Below, in pieces: positions 1-54,363 of a stretch of DNA of 54,363 nucleotides. Source of the DNA: Hydrolagus affinis (taxonomy: Eukaryota); contig JAAILG010002464.1 in assembly GCA_012026655.1 (NCBI GenBank), positions 1 to 54,363 on the forward strand. Reading direction: 5' to 3'. A program made the translations under genes and the position numbers. Every line of letters begins with the position of its first letter. Positions within the stretch are counted from its first letter, which is position 1. The notes under the pieces are model-generated. The model was given only the letters and a program-made list of their open reading frames with translations, ran no database searches and had not been told where the DNA came from.

Positions 1-600
1 GGGGGGGGGGGGGGGGGGTTTAAAGTGTCGGAATATAGCATCGGACAGTTAGATGTCTGTCTGACTTGTGATGGGGACAGTCAGCTGCATCAACAGGGAC
101 TCGGAATCCCCTCTCACGCTTACACCGGGATCGATGTCAAAAAATGGAGCTTGGTTTGTTGTGTGCATGATATATTAATAAAAAAAATTCGGGGTGGGGG
201 TGGTGGGGGGTGGGAGTGGGCTGTTCTGTGCCACGCGTTTTTTTATATATAAAAAAAAGGGTAGAGGTTTAAAGCGTCTGCTTTCGCTTGTGTGGGGTTC
301 GGGTGAGAGTGAAGATCCGATGTGTAAATGTGTCCAACTTGAGCTGACAGGTGTCCGCCCGTCCATCCGTGCAGGAGCCAGAGTTGACTTGATTTATCAT
401 TTCCGCTGTAGCCGGTCCCGTTTTATCTCTTATCTGATGAGAAATGGTGGGTATCGGCTGGATTGAGGAAGTAAAGGCACGCACAGTATTGTCACTCTTT
501 CCAGTCGCACACTCATAGAAATGGTAGAGAGTTCGCAGTGTTTAAAAGGATTGTTTGTTCGGAAACAAGCCCTGAATTTTTGGAGGTCCCGTTTTTTTCC
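1..600. promoter_or_regulatory. CpG- and G-rich segment, probably the edge of the MARK3 promoter CpG island or start of intron 1; G-quadruplex-type motif at 191-220
   Basis: Higher CG dinucleotide density than the rest of the window; G18 at 1-18; ggggtgggggtggtggggggtgggagtggg at 191-220. Confidence 0.5.
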
Positions 601-1367
601 CTTCGCTATTTCATTCTGGTTCTGAATGTATCAATGAGAAGATAGTAGCAATAGCTAACTGTTGTGCTTCTCCCTCTTCGGTGATTGCATCATGGCTCAG
701 TTGAATGCTCATACCTATAATTGTGTTGTTGGTCTGAACTAGGAATAATTGTCTTTGGGTTGAGCATTATAGCCGGGTATGAACAGCTATTAAAATTCAG
801 TATTTCTTGCTGAATTTAACTCGGCTCAATAATTTAATGCTAACATACTTCATTTTCTAAAGGATTCTCCAGTACAAGTGGTAAAATGTGGGGAAAGAGA
901 GGATGTGGAAAGTTGAAATGTTCAAGGCTTCAATACTAATACAGGCCTCTATTATGCTCTGTCAACATATTAGGTTAGATGTTTGGGATTCAATTAAAAT
1001 TCTCAGTCAACCCAAAAGAGTAGAATTTTTATAATTGAAAGAAATCAACATCCCTGCCTACTTAATATAAAAAAGGAACAAAGCATTTATCCAAAACACA
1101 AAAATGACTGCACCTAAGTGTATATCATCAATGGTGAATCATCCAGCAAGTCCCTCAGCAATCTATTCAGCTAAACCTGCTTCAGTGTGGTACATCACTA
1201 GATATTGTATCATACGCATATAGGGTATTTATTCTTCTGTAGCGATGTTTAAAACAGCTTTCAGATTTTTGTTCTAGCATGATTTTTTGTTGAAGTGGAT
1301 TTGAAACTGGAAAGTATTTTAATTTGATCTTGTTCCTTTCCCTTCCTCTCTATTTTCTCTATCCCAG

Positions 1368-47808
<46,441 letters not shown>

Positions 47809-49020
47809 AATATGGTTAAGCTTTAATTTCCTAAGTAGCATTACATGAGGTTTTTTTTCCCCCCAGAACATCGGCAGAAATTTATTGAAGAAAATGTATA
47901 GGATAAAGCTTATGCAATAAATTCTGCTCCTTCGGATCATGATATTATAAAAATGGAAATTTGCAAGCTGCTTTGTGGGGGGTTGGACTGGAGAGAAGAA
48001 AGAGGAGGAAGGGGAAGTTGATCAAATAGTTTTTTCTAAAAAAAAAGTGCACTACAGCATTCAGTATCCTATCTGAACAGCTTGCCCCTTCATGTTATTT
48101 CAACCGTTTGTATTTAGACTAGAATCAGTTACTTGTGAAACAAACTGAAATGATTGATCCTATGGAAGTGAGATCCCTGTATAAATTTTTTTAAAACTTC
48201 CATTTAAAAAAATATTGTTGACTGAGTGCCATGGGAACTTGCTCCCCATGCTGTCAGACTTGTATATCTTCTACTGTTTGTGCTGATTCAGGTGCTTAGC
48301 TTTTCAAAGACAATGCATTGTAAGAAAAGAATAAAATCATTTGCCATCAATTGTTTATGGCCTTTAGACAGCGGAGGTTCAAACCTACAAACTTAGCAAC
48401 CTCTATATAAAGCATTATATTATAAAATCAGAGTGAGCTGTGTTAATGGCAGAGAATCACCAGCTGTGTGTAGGCCAGTGAATGGAATTAATAACCTGTG
48501 TTAAGCCAGGAGTGCTGTGATTTGGAAATGATTTAAGTACTGTAGATCAGTTGTCAAACCACACTTAGGATTTCTCCACTGTAGAAAATACCACCCCCAC
48601 CTAAGAAGACTGTTTCTTAATCGATTAAGGCATTAAAAATATATGTTCATTTATTTTGGTTTCTTTCCAGTGAAGCTTAGATGGAGGCAGTTTTTGTTTG
48701 GACGTACTTTGTTTAGCTGTAATTATTGTTAATACAGATGCAGTCTATCCTGCACACATATTAGCTAAGTAAAAATGTTTGAGTTTGTAATTTAACAGTT
48801 GGGCACTGTGGGACAATATTCATTTAAGTATTGCAGTTTTTGTTTTTTTTCCAGAACTGTCAGCACTGTCCTTTGGAATGTAAATAATGTAACTTAGTTT
48901 TGCGGACATTATATTGTTATACAGGTTTTTTCCATTTTTTTTAATGTCCTGTAATGAGCCAGGAGTTACAAAATCAATGTAAGTTGTCAACATTTAAGGT
49001 TCACTGATGTCTCCATTAAA
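47809..49020 (+). other. MARK3: MARK3 3' UTR (end uncertain) with candidate poly(A) signals AATAAA 47916-47921, AATAAA 48330-48335 and ATTAAA 49015-49020
   Basis: Follows the stop codon; AU-rich; no recognisable repeats; hexamers read directly. Confidence 0.6.
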
Positions 49021-50513
49021 GAAAAAAAACTTTGTGCATGTCACTTATCCATAATTGATTTGTTAAAATTAAAATTGATGCAAAAATGGCATACATGCCC
49101 AGTCAGCAGTTCATGTGAACCAGCTACAGCAGGGAGGGGTAAAATGGTGAAGAGAAAGCATTGCATTTATCAGTAACTTACTTGGTTCATTTGCCAGGAT
49201 TCTTTGCCATTGCATCCTGTGTTTTCAAACCTGACATCAGAACTTCGAGCTCAAAGTCTAAACCGACACTGCATTGATTGTAGTGTTTGAAGAGAATTGC
49301 ATTATCAGACTCGTATGTTAAACTGAGGTTTAGGTAGTTGTTTAAGATCTCATGGTGGTTTTGTCCTGGTCGGAAATCTTCCAGATAATATTGGTCATTC
49401 ATGGCGTTTGTAGGACATGGCTCTGTGCAAATCGGCTGCCACATTTGTGGACAAATAGTCACTGCACGTTAAAGAAACTTTGAAGTGCTTTGACACAACC
49501 TCAATATTATAGCGAATGCAAAGGTAATTATAGCAAGAAATCTTCATCCCATTGCTGCAGAAGTGGTCGGATTGAGGACCAAGATACTAAAGGTAAGAAG
49601 GTGCTCCTTAAAGAAATGATCAGGGAGACCGTGCAAGGTAACAGGGAGAAAGAATGGAACATTAATGGATTTTATTTTCCCTGGGAATACTGGGAAAGTG
49701 ATAGAGAATCCCCAAACCTTTACAAGAAATTAAGACAAGATTGTTTTTACACAATGTTGAACATAACATTTCTGAGGCTTCTCCCAGTCTAATCTTTAAT
49801 ATTCCAAATCTGATATTTAGCTAGGATATAAATCACTGAGGAGATAATATGTTAGAGAGGATTAAATTAACTGATAGTGTTGAAAAAGACGATAGTCTGG
49901 ATTGTAATACAACATGGGCTTCATCACTAAGAGTACAGCCTCGAGTGGTTTCATGACTTATTCAATGAAACGTTTCACTGATTATGTGATATCATGTCCA
50001 TCTACTCCTTTCTCAATCCTTTCTGTAAGAAGCTGAGCCAATGCAATGATGTGCACCAACATAAATGTGTAATCTGGGTCACAGTTTCCTGGATGTATTG
50101 TGCGGCCCTTGGAATTTAAAACCAGGCAAGTTGTTTTAGGCTCCTTGGTGTAAATATCTGAATGCTAGGGACTCTAGCCCTGTTTCGGTGGACGTGGAAT
50201 GACTGCAAATAGCACAACTCTGATGGTGATCGCTAGGACAACTGAAGCAAAAGGGCCAAAAATCTGTTTTCTATCCCACCACAGAACAGCAAAGCCATTT
50301 AGTGGAAACAAAATGTGGTAGTAATTGAATTTTGAATTAAACTAAGATTAAATCTTGTAGGATGCAACATCCACTTCAGTGAAATATGTGGGATTTTTGG
50401 GTCATGTTACAAAACTTGTCTAATGATAAACGAGTGGAGGAGCCATAGGAATTAGAACCACAGAATTCTACTGCGCAGAAGAAAGCCATTCGGCCCTTTG
50501 TATCTGTGCTGGT

Positions 50514-50826
50514 AATATAATAGTCATCCTTATGTTTAATATAGCGCATTTCATGTCTTCTTGACACCTCAAAGTGCTTCACAGAATATACTGTAAAGTG
50601 AATTAATCGTGGGTGAAACATGGCAGCAAATTGCACACAGCAGCATTCCACAAATAGTCAAGGATTGAAGTGACTAATTTTTTTTTCTTGAGGGATTATT
50701 ATCAGACATGTGGAGTAAGGAAACGTGCCCAAGGTTGCACCCTGCCGAGCAAGGAACTTGGCTATACAAATGTAATTTTGTTGTTGAGAAGCGAGTGCTC
50801 TTAACCACTGAGCTGCTCAGACACCA
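50514..50826 (-). mobile_element. Near full-length tRNA-derived SINE abutting a CR1 3' remnant (50455-50513)
   Basis: Tail, body and head remnant gagtgctcttaaccactgagctg are all present. Confidence 0.85.
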
Positions 50827-51412
50827 AAGTGAAGGTAATTGCCTTCTTAAGATTACCTATTTTTAAAAAATCCTCATTGACCAAATGATCACTGACCAAA
50901 TTGAATTATCAGATACTTTAGTTTTATCTGTTGTAAACCCTCACTAATGCAAATGACCATACCAAAGCCTTTCAAGTGATGACACTTCTGTTGGTTCAAA
51001 GTACTTGCAATTTTGGAAGAGGATATCCACACACTTGAATACAGTATTCTGCAATTGAGAAGCATGCACAGCCTATTGCAATATAATAAATTTGAAGTCT
51101 GGCAATCATTCAGAGGTTTTTATGAAACAAGTTTCAAGGTCAGCTCAGCATGACTTGACACTCAACATGTCATAAAGTGCATTCCATTACTATTATTGTA
51201 TATGGCATGTATAAGCCCAAAATTGTTCTCTTAACATTGGAGATTTCATTTATATCATTGTATTTTTTGTACAGTATTTTAAAAGAAGTACAAGGGATTG
51301 TAAAGAAAAAATTAACTGGATACTTTTCTGTAAATATGGGACATTTGTTCTAAACAGTTAGGATTAAACTCGTGTTTGTAGTTTTACTGCAATTTTATCT
51401 TTATTCATTCAT

Positions 51413-51732
51413 TGTGGAGTCCTGTAGCTCAGTGGTTAGAGTACTTGCCTTACAAGCGAAAGACCTGGGTTCAATTACAGGTAGGGCAAAACCTTGGAGA
51501 AGTTACCTTACTCCACATGCCTAATAATAATCCCTCAAAAAAACAACAATACTGTAAATGGGTCATTTCAATCCACGACTGTTTGTGGGACACTGCTGTG
51601 TGCAATTGACTGCCGTGTTTTGCCCACATCTCTGCAGTCAATTCACTTTACTGTATATTTCTGTGAAGCGCTTTGAGATATCTAGAAGACACGAAAAGCG
51701 CTAGATCAAATGCAAGGTTTAGTATTAATATT
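51413..51732 (+). mobile_element. Full-length tRNA(Val-TAC-like)-derived SINE
   Basis: A-box TAGCTCAGTGG, anticodon arm gccTTACaagc, B-box GGTTCAATT, Deu-like tgtttgtgggacactgctgtgtgcaattgactgccg, L2-type tail. Confidence 0.9.
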
Positions 51733-52360
51733 GATGTGTTAACAGCAAGAACTTGCATTTATGTAACGCCCTTCATATATGGCAACAGCTCGGAGCTGGA
51801 TAAGTTCAAATTAAGATAAATCCATTTGCAAGTGTAAGGAACCTGGGGTGTATCTAAATATTTATTCTTATTTCAATAAAGTGATCGCCCATTTCAGAGT
51901 GGAAATACCTTGCTTCTCAAGGCTGAGGTATTTCATTTATAATATCAGCAATTCCCAGCCCCCCCCCACCACCACCATTCCCTACCACATATAAAGGGAT
52001 TTGTGACAAAAGCAGTAAGTAATATTTGATCGGATGATGGGAAACTTGCAAGAATTGGAAGGTTACAAACAATATGCATTTATAGAATCCATTTGATCAA
52101 CCATGTGAAGAGCAAATCGAGCAATAGGTACTTGCCATAAGTGAAAGAGCTCATCATTGATGATTATACCCAGAAGGTGCAATTAGTTGTCAGTTGAAAA
52201 GGTCACTAATTTAATTGTACTATTTTAAGAAAAGACTGTGTCTGTGTGGGAGTGGGTGTTGAGTGTGGAGCGCAGTGAAAAATCTGGTTCTGTTTTAGCT
52301 CGTTCATAGCTCTACTTCAGACTCAAAGCTTCGCATTTTACCTTCTCAATATTCTTTCAC

Positions 52361-52674
52361 AACAATAATAATCCTTGCATTTGATATCACGCTTTTCATG
52401 TCTTCTAGATGTCTCAAAGCACTTCACAGAATATGCTGTAAAGTGAATTAACTATATTTGTTGGCGAAAAGCGGCAGCCAATTGTGCACAGTAGTGTCCC
52501 CACAAGCAGACGTGGATTGAAATTACCAATTTTATTATTATGGGTTTTTTGGAGGGATAATTATTATTAGGCATGTGGAGTAAGGAAACCTGCCCAAGCT
52601 TTCCCCCTGACCTGCCTGGATTCGAACACAGGTCTCACGCTTGTAAGGAAAGTGCTGAGCTACAGGACTCCACA
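52361..52674 (-). mobile_element. Full-length SINE, same family (B-box GTTCGAATCC intact, deletion in the D-arm)
   Basis: Ends in gagctacaggactccaca, the reverse complement of the 51413 start. Confidence 0.9.
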
Positions 52675-52881
52675 TCAACCATTCTTTAGTTCAATTATGC
52701 AATTCAGATTTTTTTTGAATGCTATTTATCCTCTTTAAACTCGTCACCTGCGACATAGTTTGATCACTAAACTATAATGAATTAACAATGCAGTCCTTTA
52801 CAAAAAGTGTGGAAAAACTAGAGGAGGTCGTCCAGATTTGGCCAATGTGTATGATAAGGGCCATTTCTGGACTGTTTTGCC

Positions 52882-52959
52882 CACTTTACAGTATATTCTG
52901 TGAAGTGCTTTGAGCTTTTTCAACCACATCACCGCATCGAATGCAAGGATTATTATTAT
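52882..52959 (+). mobile_element. SINE tail fragment
   Basis: cactttacagtatattctgtgaagtgctttgag…aatgcaaggattattattat. Confidence 0.7.
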
Positions 52960-53732
52960 GATGATAACAAATGCACTGCCCCAAATTTAGCTTCCCCCCT
53001 TCCCCCATTTATCATTGGCTTTTTGTTCAATACTTTTGAACGAATTTTCAATCCAACTAACTGCAATAATTTGCCAATAATTCCATGAACTTTATTTAAC
53101 TTTCTTTTAAAAAAAAACTCAAATATTTAGCTGCGGTTTGGAAGATCTCACTCTCCGAATGTAGGTCAGCCTGTCCCCATCTCAAATGTAACCTAGTTTT
53201 CAAAGCTTGCTGTCGAGTGACTTCACGTTTTATTAGTGTTTCACAGTCTTTTAACAACACATAGATGCTGTTTTGTGCATTCAGCTGGATTTGAATGTCT
53301 TTAGTTTTCTGGGGTAGGTTATTCAAACCTAACCCGCTCTCGTCCGGTGAAATGTCAAATACAAGACATAACCTTCTTTGCAATTTGTTGTTGTTATTTC
53401 AGATAGCCTGTACATTTTTGTGTGTAAAACACACAATGCATTCACACGTGCTGCTTTAAAACATTCTATATTCAGTTGCCATTATTATTTGTTTGAAACT
53501 AGTCATATTTGGGATAATCTCAGATTATAACTGAGATGTTGGATCACAGTTCCTGACATAGAGTTAAATTGTTACAGTCAAGGCTGATCATACACAGCAG
53601 TACCGACCTTCAGCTGTCTGTCCTAGAGGGATTCCTAAGTAGGACAATTTTCCAACTAGTAAAATAAGTAAAGATAATTTTGAACATGCAAGTACAGTAG
53701 TTTGCTTCATCGATTCAATTTATTCCGTGATA

Positions 53733-53804
53733 AATAATAATAATAATCCTTGCATTTGATATAGCTCTTTTCTCGTCTTCTGGACAACTCGAGGCGCTTC
53801 ACAG
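53733..53804 (-). mobile_element. SINE tail fragment
   Basis: (aat)n ccttgcatttgatatagctcttttctcgtcttc…gcgcttcacag. Confidence 0.75.
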
Positions 53805-54363
53805 CAATTATCAGTGTGTGGTGGGAAATTAGAAAGAACACAATTGAAATTTGAACACTGGGTATGTTTTTTTTATTAAAATGACTAGAAATGCAAAGAT
53901 TATCATTTCATTGAACATAATGAAATCTATTGAAAGCTCAGAATTCTCTACGCTAACTCTGTTGCCAGTTTTTGCCACACAATGTTGTTCAGCAGATGAA
54001 GGCAGCCATAGTGAAGAGCCCTTCGGAATTCTGATCGAGTGATCGGAGAAGAACGATCCACTTTGTAATTTGCCAATACAGTCAAAATGAATTTGTTGTC
54101 TCCTGAGACATCACAAACACAGGATGAGCACTGTGGCAAGATTAATCTGGGATCACAGTAAATTTACTGCTTGGTGATATTGAAACATTCCAATAATGAG
54201 ATAGGCCGCATGGGACTGAGATAAATGAGAGATTCTTCGTGCAGATCCTAAAGCCTTAGATGGTTTAAGAAAATGGAGACTCGATGCGTTGGATGAGGTA
54301 TTATTTTCTGGTGCTAAAACATCACTCTTGGATTTGTGACTCATTCTGATAGATGCTCGAGCC

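Noticed and set aside
25-484. Overlapping short ORFs and a possible MARK3 exon 1
   Set aside because: No MSTRTPLPTVNERDTEN-like peptide and no convincing phase-0 donor. The ORFs reflect G-rich composition.
47953-47971. atggaaatttgcaagctgc in the 3' UTR resembling the KA1 codons for MEVCKL
   Set aside because: 15 of 19 nt match but the similarity does not extend on either side; consistent with chance.
48230-48250. CATGGG…CCCATG hairpin in the 3' UTR
   Set aside because: Only 6 bp of firm stem and no SECIS or IRE consensus.
51416-51488. tRNA-Val(TAC)-like cloverleaf
   Set aside because: Weak stems and a degenerate B-box, and it runs straight into a SINE body and tail found many times in the window. 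It is a SINE head, not a tRNA gene.
49100-54363. CKB, the usual downstream neighbour of MARK3
   Set aside because: No creatine-kinase peptide recognised on either strand in this window.

Overview
Eukaryotic, AT-rich genomic DNA with one 100-N assembly gap. The repeat content (DeuSINE/L2-tailed tRNA SINEs, CR1 3' ends, a Penelope-type palindrome) suggests a cartilaginous fish, possibly a chimaera; this is an inference. The window holds almost all of a plus-strand MARK3 (C-TAK1/Par-1a) kinase gene. Exon 1 is absent. I traced 18 frame-consistent GT-AG coding exons from 1368 to the stop at 47808 (2391 nt, 797 codons including stop), covering the kinase, UBA, spacer and KA1 domains. The most striking signal is an extra 80-nt exon (41674-41753), not captured by the ORF track, that shifts the reading frame. 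With it, the 45-nt exon and the start of the last exon read in a second frame (…[24 protein letters not shown]…PGV*). That closely matches, from recall, the KA1-less tail of human MARK4S. This suggests a 'MARK3S' isoform made from dual-coding exons and an L/S frame switch older than the MARK3/MARK4 split. Other notable items: a 177-nt RHQKSMS cassette exon behind a ~113-nt AG-exclusion zone, a 27-nt microexon, a TSD-flanked palindrome with degenerate hammerhead-ribozyme cores, nested Tigger-like MITEs and inverted SINE pairs. Family names and human comparisons come from memory, not from database searches.
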